47,975 nt of DNA. Origin: a virus (Duplodnaviria > Caudoviricetes). The first letter of the stretch is position 1, and the number at the start of each line of letters is the position of its first letter. Below the pieces are notes generated by a model. The model searched no databases, was not told the DNA's origin, and worked only from the letters and a program-made list of their open reading frames with translations. The stretch is from the IMG/VR virus record IMGVR_UViG_3300046779_002415, positions 1 to 47,975 of that record. The stretch is one strand, 5' to 3'. The translations under genes were made by a program, and so were the position numbers. This document shows positions 10,531 through 20,800 of the stretch, in pieces.

Positions 10531-13137
10531 TTAATCTGTTATTTTTTGCCATAGATAGATATTACCTGTGACCGGTCCACCCATACATCTGTATGTTCCT
10601 GTCTGATATGATGGATTGTAGATATCTTGACGATAATTTCTCATCCTATTTAATAATAATTTCGACGTCGATGTTTGTATTACTCCAGCGCGATAGATTG
10701 TTGTGGCTCCAGAATTGGTCTGTGCCTGTACATGAATATCGCTGCCGATATTGTTTATTACAATCGAAGGTCTTTTGGTTGTTACTGTGCCTGATGCCGG
10801 TGCTCCAGCGGTGTAAGGACTTGTTGGTATTGAAAACTCCACGGTGGGGTTGGCGGATTGTAGTCCCAGCCCATTAAGTTGATACAACTGAATACCCCAG
10901 AAGTTTGTTGTGGTATTCCAGGCAGCCTGACGATGAGATAACTCCGGCGAGAATTGATACATTCCCACGTATAAGTTATTACCAATGACATGAATGCCAC
11001 TGATCACAGGCTGTACAGAGTTGTTGTTGGTGTTGGCCCATGATGGCCAATTTAATTCTGTTGCTGCCAGCACTGATTCGCCGGTGATGGCGTCGTACAT
11101 ACTAATATAAGGTCTGGGTGTAGCATTCCGTGCGATCTGTGTGGCACGAGTGTAGTCCCAGAATACCTGGTCCACTACTATGATGTAGTCACGATCCTGG
11201 TAACGATAGGTAGCAATAGCCGGTGCTTGTCTTAATCTCGATCCCTGTGTAGCAGTGATCGAATCCGATAATGTCGGACTGTTATTTCTTAATCTGAAAA
11301 CACTGCCCGTGACTCCTGATATCTTATCGATAGCACCGCTAACGAAATCTGATATGAGGTAATGCATACTTTCGACCGTGAATCCTGGTCTTACCTGACC
11401 GGCCACGGGAGTCGGGGTGGGGATAGGATTACCTACACGCGACATAGAAGTAGAATTCGATGTGTATGTGTAGGTTCTGTTGCGTGTACTACTCGGTGTT
11501 CCTGTAGTGCCATCAATGCTGGCATTACCGATAGTGTCGGGAAGGCCCAGCGCATAGACATCATTGGTTGTGTTTGAGGTTAACGCCAGGATTGTTCCAG
11601 GATAGCTATGGCTCAGCATGGACGGTGTCAATGCTTGTTCGCTGCGGAATGTTCCTGTGTATGTCGACGATGACGGTAGCTTTAGTGCTCGATGTCCCCG
11701 CGTCATATATGTGATAGTGCCCGGTGTTCCTATGCTACCTGGTGAAGCATAATTCTTTAAAAAGATCTGTAAATTGTAGTTGCCGATTGTGGCGACCTGT
11801 AGCCCATAGACTGTGTCGTGAAAATAAGTAGTTCCATTTGCTACAGTCTGGTATATGCCTGTGGTAGCGAATTGAATATCCGGTGAGGCGGGTCCGCCCC
11901 AGATATTCGACGATAATACTGCTGCGTTAGTAGTGACATATTCGGAATTCTGATACAGCATATTGCCCGAGACTTTCAGCATAGTCACCGGTGTCGAATG
12001 ACTACCAATACTGGTGTATTGTGAGCCGAGATTGGCAGTGACATTGACCCAGGTCGATGCTGTAGTGTAGAGATTACCGTAGATGACATTAGCCCATTCA
12101 GTGATTTCAGTTTCGCCGTTGAATGAACTTATCGGTGTGCCCATGAACAGCATACCCGGTGGAATAGTTGCAATAGTCGCTGTTGAATTACCACCTCCAT
12201 ATGCAGTGTATGCAGATTCGATAGCGGGTCGCGTAGTCCATGATAAGACTCCATCGCGGATTGTCAATAATTGACCAACGTTACCACTGCCAACTATGTT
12301 AAGATCCGAGATTGAATTTAATCTTATCTGACTACCGATATTAATTGTAGTATTACTGATTACTCCGGAACTGAATGTTAAGTTGCCCAATTTATTACTG
12401 ACAACGCTATTAGTCATCGCGGCTGAGTTTGCAATATTGGCTGTTACAGCAGTAGATACTAAATTAGCGCGAATAGCATTGCGAACCTCAGCGTGTTGAT
12501 TACTCCAGGCTAATCCGCTGGCGTCGCGAATCAGCACATCTCCGACGTTACCTCCGCTGACACTTAAATTTTCCAGTGTCTGTAGTTGAATAATATTTCT
12601 GCTGAGATTTAGAGTATTACCCTGAGAGCGTATTGTATTGCCGGTTATTACTACTCCGTTGATATTAACAGTGCCGGTGTTAGTTCCCAGGGTAATCGGA
12701 TCTGCTCCGGTAGCGTTATTAGATAGAGTCGTCTGATTGACTTGAATGTCACCTATTTGCGTGTAGACTGTGTTCTGCTCCACGCTGGCACCAGTCACGG
12801 TAATGACATTACCCTGTGTGGTGATGATAATACCGCCGGTACCCTGTAGACCCACTGATCCAGTGTTATTGTTGATGCTGGTGATTCTGCTACCCAGGTC
12901 GGGTGTAGTTACAGTCAATACATTACCTACTCGAGTGATGTTGGCATCCCCGGTGGCTGCTATGGTAATATTTGAACTGATATCGTTGACTGTGATGATA
13001 TTACTGTTGCCAGCGGCTCGAGCTGAGTCCAGTGTAGTTGTCCACCAACTCTCGGGATAGAGACTCATTGTCAGTGTATTGGCGCTGACGACATTCTCAG
13101 TTATTTTGTTTGTTATGTAAGCGTTGATAGTTGTCAT
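10531..13137 (-). CDS. Tail fibre/receptor-binding protein (868 aa)
   Basis: Shares SIN..G.V.L.G.G.I.ITTQGNVITV and LGN..F motifs with its two upstream neighbours; distinct C-terminus. Confidence 0.65.
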   Translation of the reverse strand: MTTINAYITNKITENVVSANTLTMSLYPESWWTTTLDSARAAGNSNIITVNDISSNITIAATGDANITRVGNVLTVTTPDLGSRITSINNNTGSVGLQGTGGIIITTQGNVITVTGASVEQNTVYTQIGDIQVNQTTLSNNATGADPITLGTNTGTVNINGVVITGNTIRSQGNTLNLSRNIIQLQTLENLSVSGGNVGDVLIRDASGLAWSNQHAEVRNAIRANLVSTAVTANIANSAAMTNSVVSNKLGNLTFSSGVISNTTINIGSQIRLNSISDLNIVGSGNVGQLLTIRDGVLSWTTRPAIESAYTAYGGGNSTATIATIPPGMLFMGTPISSFNGETEITEWANVIYGNLYTTASTWVNVTANLGSQYTSIGSHSTPVTMLKVSGNMLYQNSEYVTTNAAVLSSNIWGGPASPDIQFATTGIYQTVANGTTYFHDTVYGLQVATIGNYNLQIFLKNYASPGSIGTPGTITYMTRGHRALKLPSSSTYTGTFRSEQALTPSMLSHSYPGTILALTSNTTNDVYALGLPDTIGNASIDGTTGTPSSTRNRTYTYTSNSTSMSRVGNPIPTPTPVAGQVRPGFTVESMHYLISDFVSGAIDKISGVTGSVFRLRNNSPTLSDSITATQGSRLRQAPAIATYRYQDRDYIIVVDQVFWDYTRATQIARNATPRPYISMYDAITGESVLAATELNWPSWANTNNNSVQPVISGIHVIGNNLYVGMYQFSPELSHRQAAWNTTTNFWGIQLYQLNGLGLQSANPTVEFSIPTSPYTAGAPASGTVTTKRPSIVINNIGSDIHVQAQTNSGATTIYRAGVIQTSTSKLLLNRMRNYRQDIYNPSYQTGTYRCMGGPVTGNIYLWQKITD

Positions 13138-14390
13138 GCTATTCTCTGCACCAATCTTTCTCTAAATGCCAGGCCTGACCCCAGAACACGATATGTTCCT
13201 GCAGGTACCTGCGTTGCCCATCTCGCTCCGGTAGTAGTCATAGCATACAATAATAAGTGCTGATTGGCTAAACCATTGACGCTCGTGCCATCATAGACCA
13301 GGACTTCGCCGGGCACCAACGGACGATTAGTAGTATTGCCAAGTTCAATGTAGTGTTGAACCAGTGCTATCTGTCCGACCTTTAGATCTACTGCGGTGGT
13401 GCCAGTCTGCGTCACGAACACTGAGTCAATCTGACTTGTTGCGGCGATATCTTCGACTGTTTGTAGACCCGACCCAGTGCCGCGAGCCAATAAGCGATTT
13501 GCTGTCAATTGATTGAACTTAATATTAGCTAAATCTATGTTCAGTGCTGTAGTAGTGAATGTCAATGTGCTGGCAGAAGAATTTAAATTAGCGCCGTTGG
13601 CAGTTATGCCACCCAGTGTGTTGTTGGCTATGGTAGTAGCAGTCGCGGCTGATAATACTGTTGTTGCTGCCAATGTTTTTTCAGCACTGACTGCCGTATT
13701 AGCTCGTGCTGCTCTGGCTACAGAATAGACCCAGCCCAGTGCGCCATTGTTAAATTTACCGATACCTGCAGAGTCGGTGCCTGATTGTAGTCGAATATTT
13801 GCTGTTGTACCCAATTGTACACGACCCGGAGATAAATCTATGGTGGCGTTGGGTGCTGTGATGATATTACCACGAATCAATAGTCCTGCGGCCGCGATTG
13901 TGTTGACACCACTGCGCGGACTGACTAAATCGAGACTGCGGCCTTGTAGGTTACTGCTGATAGTAGTATCTGTAATATTGATATTACCAATACTTGCTGT
14001 ACCCAGAGACTGTTGAGCTGTGATAACTATCGCGCCGGTAGCAGTGTTGGTAGTGACTCCGACACCATTGCCTACTATGGTTATTGCATCTCGCAGGCCT
14101 GCGAAATCTGCGACATATTGATCAGCAGATAGTGGAGCCGGCGAACTGATAGTTATTGTATTTGCTGTGTTGGTTACTGTAGTAGTTCCTGCGCCGCGAA
14201 TAGTTAAATTAGTACGGATACCATTGATAGATTGAATATTACCGGCGCCGGTATCTGCTCCCAGGACATATCCCTGTGCGTGTGTGACGCCGGGAAGTGT
14301 AAATGTCATAGTAGCAGCATCGCGATTCAGTGTGAATGCGATGTTGACTAAATCATTGATATTAATTAATTTGTAAGTCAATGATTCCAT
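13134..14390 (-). CDS. Tail fibre-like protein (418 aa)
   Basis: SINGIRTNLTIRGAGTTTVTNTANTITIS motif; start/stop overlaps with neighbours. Confidence 0.65.
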   Translation of the reverse strand: MESLTYKLININDLVNIAFTLNRDAATMTFTLPGVTHAQGYVLGADTGAGNIQSINGIRTNLTIRGAGTTTVTNTANTITISSPAPLSADQYVADFAGLRDAITIVGNGVGVTTNTATGAIVITAQQSLGTASIGNINITDTTISSNLQGRSLDLVSPRSGVNTIAAAGLLIRGNIITAPNATIDLSPGRVQLGTTANIRLQSGTDSAGIGKFNNGALGWVYSVARAARANTAVSAEKTLAATTVLSAATATTIANNTLGGITANGANLNSSASTLTFTTTALNIDLANIKFNQLTANRLLARGTGSGLQTVEDIAATSQIDSVFVTQTGTTAVDLKVGQIALVQHYIELGNTTNRPLVPGEVLVYDGTSVNGLANQHLLLYAMTTTGARWATQVPAGTYRVLGSGLAFRERLVQRIA

Positions 14391-17272
14391 TACGCTGACC
14401 TCGAGAATATGGCAATGTTACCGTCGATAACCCCGCCGAGACTATTGTATGTTCCGGTAGTTAAGTATGTGCTGCTCGCCGGATAAGACTCCGGACCTGT
14501 GTAAGTTTGAATTCTTTTTTCTATGACCTGAGTATGTGTCTGTGTTTGTGTAGCGCCGAGATAGATTCCCACCGCCAGCTGTGATGGTATCTGTGCTATT
14601 GTCCAGATGCCATTTAAGTCATCATCCATGATACGTGTGGTGGCTGTTGAAGTAGTAGTCAATAGACTCCAATTTGTGCCTGTAGCAGATACTAAAATTC
14701 TTGTTCCTGCTACTGCATAGTATCTCTGTCGTGCCTCATGATAAGTGATATCTGTGACTGCGGTATCTATGACTATGTCGGTGGCTGTCCAGTTGCTACC
14801 CTGATCAGTGCTGACCCATAATTTAGTAGCAGTGCCCAGGAATAATCTTCCCTGTATGCTCTTGAGAAATTGTATCTCTGCTGCTTCTGGTCGGGTTAAA
14901 TTTGTCCAACTCGGTGTCTGTTGTGTCCAGCGCAGTAGTTGACCTCCAGCGCCGGCTGTAGCTGCTATGTATGTAGATCCCTGTGCGGTAATTTTTGTGA
15001 ATACTGCTGTCTGATTAGAGAATAGTGTAGCCGCTCCCGTGGCATCATTGGTGCCGAAGACTCCATCTACTTGAGTGTATGCTGTGATCTCGGGATCTGC
15101 TGTTAAATCTACCTCATGATATGCTGCTGCTGCCGGTGACTGTAGATAGTATGATATTGTCTGTGCGGGAGTAGTAGTAGTTGACCCCGAGACTGTGAAT
15201 CTTAAAATGATGCTAAAAGTAGCTGCCCAATTTGGGTTAGGATCTGCTATGATGGTGGTCCAGTATCTACTACCATCAGAGTTCTGGAACCCTGCTCTGG
15301 CGGCAGCGTTAAGCTGGTTATTTAGATCAGTGATTACCCCAGGTGATGTCAGCCAGCTATTGAACTTGGCGGCTGTAGAAATATCTGCAGTAGTTCTGCC
15401 ATAAACTTCGACGTTGAGGCTGCCTCCATAATATCCATTAGCATAGTTACTGAAATCAAACGATGCTCGTGTAGTGGGTGCTCCGGTGACTCTTCGGAAA
15501 TCTCCCCATGTTGCATCATAAAATGATAATCCACCTGAATATGTACTCGAACTCGCTGTTTTTGTAGTAGTAGTTGTTCCAGGAATAGTAGTAGTATTAA
15601 ATCTATCGGTTGTTGCAGTGCCCATGATCATTGCTCTGGTGCCGTCGGCAGTGACCGCGAATATGCTGGGTGTGAATACCTGATAGGTAGTAGTATAAGG
15701 GCTGGCCTGTGCTCGTTGACGATAGGGTAATCTTATTGTTCTCATTCCAGTGAACGGAACTGTAGTGTCATATGACTGTGTCATGCTGATATTCGCAGGC
15801 ATATAGTCCATATGATATGCGACATTGGTCAGTGTATCGTTGGGGTCGTTGATGGATTTAATTACATAGGCTCGATTGCTCTGAAATTCAGCGGCGGTAA
15901 TGCTATGTGTGGAATTTATTGGTCCATAGTTAGTAGTCTCGAAGAATAAATTTGCATAATGCCGGCCCTGATATGTTCTGTAAGTAGCAGATACTATTCT
16001 GTCGCGTGTTGCCAATAGATATCTCGGCACCTGTTGTCCGTAGATGTTGGTATTCTTCAGTGAGGCTACAGCCAGGCTATTAGAATATGGAACTGAGAAT
16101 TCTGTGACTACATCTTCAATACTTGTAGTTGTCGACGTCGAGGTCGTGTTACCCAGGACGAAACTCTGACCCACTGTAAGATTAGACCAATTGGTTGTTC
16201 TGGTCAGCACGCCGTCACGCCATTCGCGTTCTTCGGCTCTGCCCATGACCATACTACCCACGATTCCCGGCTGACTTATTGCCGTGACATTTATTGCAGT
16301 ATTAGCGATAGGTGCAGGTCGCGGCTTTAACGTTAAGCCGTCTTGTGTAGTGATGAATAGAAATTCCTGTCCTGCTGTTGTAGTGATATTAGCGAAACGG
16401 ATGCTGGAGTCTGTGCCCAATGTCAGCGGCTTCGCGAATGTGATTGTTCCAGTAGTAGCCGAGATAGTATTACCTGTGACACGAATATCCCCGAGTTGAG
16501 AGATACTGTTGGCTGATTGCACGAGATTAGCCGAATCTATGTAAGTTGCTGTAGTAGCAGAGTTGGCTGCGGCGACTAAATCAGCCTGCGGTAATTGTGT
16601 GATCCATTTAAATTGTCGTGTTGTGCTATCGAAAGACAGGTAATTACCCTGGGCGCCATCTGTGATTAAGATATTTGCGGTATTACCGAGATTGACATTG
16701 CCGGATAATACAACGGCATCTGTGCTGGTGATAGTGTCGGTGGTAAATGTCAGCGGACCCATGACTACTCCAGCAGCATTGCCTCTTAAATTTACAGAGG
16801 ATCCTGCGAATAGCGGTGTTATTCTGGTGCTTGTGATTTGTAGATTACCCAGTAGACTATTAACGTTGATTTGTGTATTGGCCGTGGTACTGCCTACAAC
16901 GATAACTCCATCCTGGTTTGTGACTGTGATTACTCCAGACCCGGTGATCTCGACTGCGCCAGAGTTGATTCCATTGATAGATCTTACACGAGGTTCGCGA
17001 TCTTGACTACTATTGATAGTTATTACATTACCCTGTGTGGTAACAGTAGTGCCACCCTCCCCCTGGATATCCAGGCTATTTGTAATACCATTTATGGCAG
17101 CTATTCTGCTTGTGCCCAGAACGATTTCGCCGGTATTGCTACTGGTAGCTGTCTGATATCCGTTGAGACTGTAGACTCCGCGACTCTTTGTGTCGCTGCG
17201 TAGAGAATTCTGAAGCTCTGCTGTGACAGCGATGTCCTGACTACGTTGAGTGTTAAGAGTTAAATCGGACAC
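14390..17272 (-). CDS. Tail fibre/receptor-binding protein (960 aa)
   Basis: AINGITNSLDIQGEGGTTVTTQGNVITINS repeats; BNR/Asp-box-like STDQGSNW and SATGTNW near the C-terminus. Confidence 0.65.
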   Translation of the reverse strand: MSDLTLNTQRSQDIAVTAELQNSLRSDTKSRGVYSLNGYQTATSSNTGEIVLGTSRIAAINGITNSLDIQGEGGTTVTTQGNVITINSSQDREPRVRSINGINSGAVEITGSGVITVTNQDGVIVVGSTTANTQINVNSLLGNLQITSTRITPLFAGSSVNLRGNAAGVVMGPLTFTTDTITSTDAVVLSGNVNLGNTANILITDGAQGNYLSFDSTTRQFKWITQLPQADLVAAANSATTATYIDSANLVQSANSISQLGDIRVTGNTISATTGTITFAKPLTLGTDSSIRFANITTTAGQEFLFITTQDGLTLKPRPAPIANTAINVTAISQPGIVGSMVMGRAEEREWRDGVLTRTTNWSNLTVGQSFVLGNTTSTSTTTSIEDVVTEFSVPYSNSLAVASLKNTNIYGQQVPRYLLATRDRIVSATYRTYQGRHYANLFFETTNYGPINSTHSITAAEFQSNRAYVIKSINDPNDTLTNVAYHMDYMPANISMTQSYDTTVPFTGMRTIRLPYRQRAQASPYTTTYQVFTPSIFAVTADGTRAMIMGTATTDRFNTTTIPGTTTTTKTASSSTYSGGLSFYDATWGDFRRVTGAPTTRASFDFSNYANGYYGGSLNVEVYGRTTADISTAAKFNSWLTSPGVITDLNNQLNAAARAGFQNSDGSRYWTTIIADPNPNWAATFSIILRFTVSGSTTTTPAQTISYYLQSPAAAAYHEVDLTADPEITAYTQVDGVFGTNDATGAATLFSNQTAVFTKITAQGSTYIAATAGAGGQLLRWTQQTPSWTNLTRPEAAEIQFLKSIQGRLFLGTATKLWVSTDQGSNWTATDIVIDTAVTDITYHEARQRYYAVAGTRILVSATGTNWSLLTTTSTATTRIMDDDLNGIWTIAQIPSQLAVGIYLGATQTQTHTQVIEKRIQTYTGPESYPASSTYLTTGTYNSLGGVIDGNIAIFSRSA

Positions 17273-17275
17273 TGA

Positions 17276-17767
17276 TTAGCCTCCGAAGCCAATCACCAAT
17301 CCAATAAGCAATTTTCTGATATTGTTAAAACCTGCTACACTACTTGGGTAAGTTGCAGTTATTGTCAGTAGATTTAATATTGTGTTAGTGCCAGTGGGTG
17401 TAACTAATTCCTGAGGGCTTGGTGTTACCGATGCTGGCACTTTTAATGATCCTGTGCCGGCTGCCGCAGAAATATTTACTACTTCCAGACCAGCGACTGT
17501 TCTTGCTTCGCCGGTATTGCTATGCTGGTCGCTGTTTTGTGCAACAATATTAGTCACTGAACTTAAAGTATCGCCGTTGTATGTGAACGTGGCGGTGTAA
17601 AGTGTGCTGGTGACTGCGAAATTCCAACCTGTTAAATCCACGGGTTGATCGAGGTTATCTTTAATTTCGAAGGGTATGACATATGCTTCGCCTAATCTGA
17701 TTGCGATGTAGTCTATCTTTTCGCCGGCTACTACATACTGTGAGAATTTGTCAAGATTTAATGACAT
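17276..17767 (-). CDS. Putative fibre adaptor (BppU N-terminal-like)
   Basis: FEIKDNLDQPVDLTGWNF...SAAAGTGSL; first gene of the fibre operon. Confidence 0.55.
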   Translation of the reverse strand: MSLNLDKFSQYVVAGEKIDYIAIRLGEAYVIPFEIKDNLDQPVDLTGWNFAVTSTLYTATFTYNGDTLSSVTNIVAQNSDQHSNTGEARTVAGLEVVNISAAAGTGSLKVPASVTPSPQELVTPTGTNTILNLLTITATYPSSVAGFNNIRKLLIGLVIGFGG

Positions 17768-17824
17768 TGTTGGTGTCTTTCTGCTCTACAGAGCATTGGA
17801 AGTGCTGCGGCATCTTCTTCAAGA

Positions 17825-17832
17825 TATTTATC
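17825..17832 (-). promoter_or_regulatory. T4-late-like promoter box GATAAATA
   Basis: Intergenic between the tail tip gene and the fibre operon. Confidence 0.6.
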
Positions 17833-17862
17833 TTATCTTAAGAAAATGCCGTTTTTTGGGTG

Positions 17863-20800
17863 TTAAACTTTAATGTTTTGTATTCTGAAATACTGATCTA
17901 CTAGTTTCAATTCCACGAGGTTATTAGCTTCACCCCACCAATTGAATGAGAAGTCATGACTGAATGTGTATGACGAATTAGCATCCAGCGTTCGCACTAC
18001 TTCGGGTAGTGTAAAAATTAGCTGGTTAGTGAAAGGTGGATCCTGGGTGGTCATAGGGCTGTAGAGTACTTTAGATTCCTGAATAAAAGCCCACCAATCT
18101 GGTTCTCCATTGACCTGTCTGCGTACCACGGAGGTCAAGACTGGTCTGGTATTGCCCCAGTTAGTCACAGGTATCTGCACATTGGCTCCTCGAATATTTG
18201 TGTTACCAGTGGCTGTGTATTGATCAGAGTAGTTGAAGGAATAAGTTGTTGTTACTGTAGCGTTACTCACAGGGCGAACGTTGACCTGCAGCATGACATA
18301 TGATTGAATAATACACAGGCCCGAGGTATTTGAATCTGTAGTGAATGTGTAGCTATGCGGAATAGTTATCCAGTGATTGTTCCAGACTCCGTTTTCGTAC
18401 TGAGCCTGTGTAGGATTTAACGCTATTGACTCGGCATTGTCCAGTGTAGTGCGCTGATAGTAGATGCGATTGATAGCATTTTGCTTCAGTGCCGGTGTGT
18501 CTATGGAGCCTGCTGTTATTTCTCCGTTGACTACCAATCCGCTGATACTGACATTACCGCCGAATCTGGCAGATCCGTCGCTGGCTCTAAACCAATAGCC
18601 CGGGCTACTGGAATCTCCGAATACAGCATTGACCGAGGAATAATCTTTACCGACCAGGAAGTTAGCAGTGAGTTTCTCAGCGGTGATAGATCCAGCCTGC
18701 AGGTTATTTGTAGATATTGTATTAGCAGCGATCTTATCGCCGGTAATAGTATTGGCTGCGAGACGATCACCGGTAATATTGCCGGCCATGAGTTGATTGC
18801 TGGTAATACTATTTGCTACCAATTTGTCAGCTGATATTGATCCAGCTGCTATTGCCTGGGCTGTGACTGCATTGGCTGAGATATGAATAGCCTGTATTGC
18901 TGCTGCGGCTATCTTACCGGCTGTGACTGCCGAGGTGTTGATGGCCTCAGTGGTGACACTATTGGCGCTGATTGATCGTGCCAGGACACTATTCGCTGCC
19001 AATAAGTCCGAGGTAATAGCATTGGCTGCAATATGTCCAGTGACAATATTTCCCGCGGCTATGCTCAGTGTTGTCACTGATCCTACCTGCAGAGCATTAG
19101 CTTGTATGGCGCCAGCTGCAATCTTACCGGCCTGTATTGATCCTGCTGCTATCGCACCTGCTGTGACTGCATTAGCTGCTATCGCACCTGCTGTGACTGC
19201 ATTGGCTGCTATTGTTCCAGCCGTGACTGCATTGGCTGCTATTGTTCCAGCCGTGACTGCATTGGCTGAGATATTGTAGGCAGCTACAGAATTTGCAGCC
19301 AGCTTACCTGCGATAACTGCATTACCAGCGATCAATGAACTCACGATCGCGTTGGCTGCAATAAGATTCGTGGTAATAGCATTGTTGGCTATGAGTGTTG
19401 TTACTATTGTAGCATTGGCAATTTGTGCGTTGGTTATTGTCTTTAATGCTATCTTGGCATTACTGATAGTCTGATCCAGTATCTTAATATCTGAGACTGC
19501 GTTATTTGCTATTGCTGTGCTGGTAACTGCATTCGCTGCGATCTTACCTGCAATCACTGCATTTGCTGCCAGGGCCTGTGCTGCTACTGCCTCAGCTGCG
19601 ATTACTCTGGCAGTGACTGCTGCATCAGCCAATTTTGTATCGATGATGCTGGCATTCTGAAGTTGTGTCGAGGTAATTGTGTTGGCTGCTATCTTGGCAT
19701 TGGTAATAGTCTGATCCACTAACTTCTGAGCCGAGATTACTGCATCTGCTATGGCATTTGCTGTTACTGCAGAATCAGCTAACTGCACACTGGTTACTAC
19801 CTGTGGATTTAATAGTCCTCCGGTAATAAGGCCTGCGACATTAAGATCACTACCTATGGTCATACTGCCTGCGAATCTTGCATTACCGCTGCTACCATCT
19901 AACCAATAGCCTGAACTGAAGATAGATCCCATGGTAGCGTTATTAGATTTAATATTCGCTGAGATCACAGTGTTGGCTGAGAATCTGTCGCCGGTAATAG
20001 TTCCTGCTGCTATGATGTCGCCGGGAACTGTTATGCTTAATTCCTGCCAGGTAGTCCCCGTGTATTGAGCCATGCGAGTCTGACCTGTAGCAGGATTGAA
20101 GAATTTTGCTCCATCACCGGCTATGGGAATAAACTGTGTTGCTGCTGTAAATCTCGCAGATAAGGTAGCATCCGTTGCACTTTGAGGATCGAAGTTTGTA
20201 GCACTGACATAAGCTACAGGAATAGTGCCGCGTGTTCCCTGTGCTCCGGCATTTAATCGTCTTACCTGTTGTACTGCATCTGCTGCTTGATAGACTGTGC
20301 CAGCGGAATCACGATATCTTATTGGGATTCGAATAATTCCGCTGCTGCCCTGTAGATTACTGACACTGTTCCAGATCAATCCTGTGGAAGTCACTGTTGA
20401 TGGTGCTCCGACGAGAATAGATGTAGTGACTATGTCGGTGTATGATCCAGTGTTAGCACTACTACCAATGCGCCAGCGACCTGCTGTGAATGCCGGATCA
20501 TCATCGTTACTGGCATTGACATACTCCAGGAACGTTGACCCAGCTGTAGCTGACAATTCGAATCCACTGTTGGTGTAATCGGGATTACCCAGTGCATCTG
20601 CTGGTAGTACTAAAATAGGAGGTTGTAGAGTAGATTGAAAATTCTGTCCTACTACTGCTACTACCGGTGTAGGTGCCCAGTTCAGTGTCTGACTCTGCGG
20701 TCCCCAATCGGATCTGACATTTAATGCAGTATTCTTTAATCTTGCGCGAAACCAGATACTACTGCTTGGTACTCCGCTGACTGTGAATATCGCATCTGTT

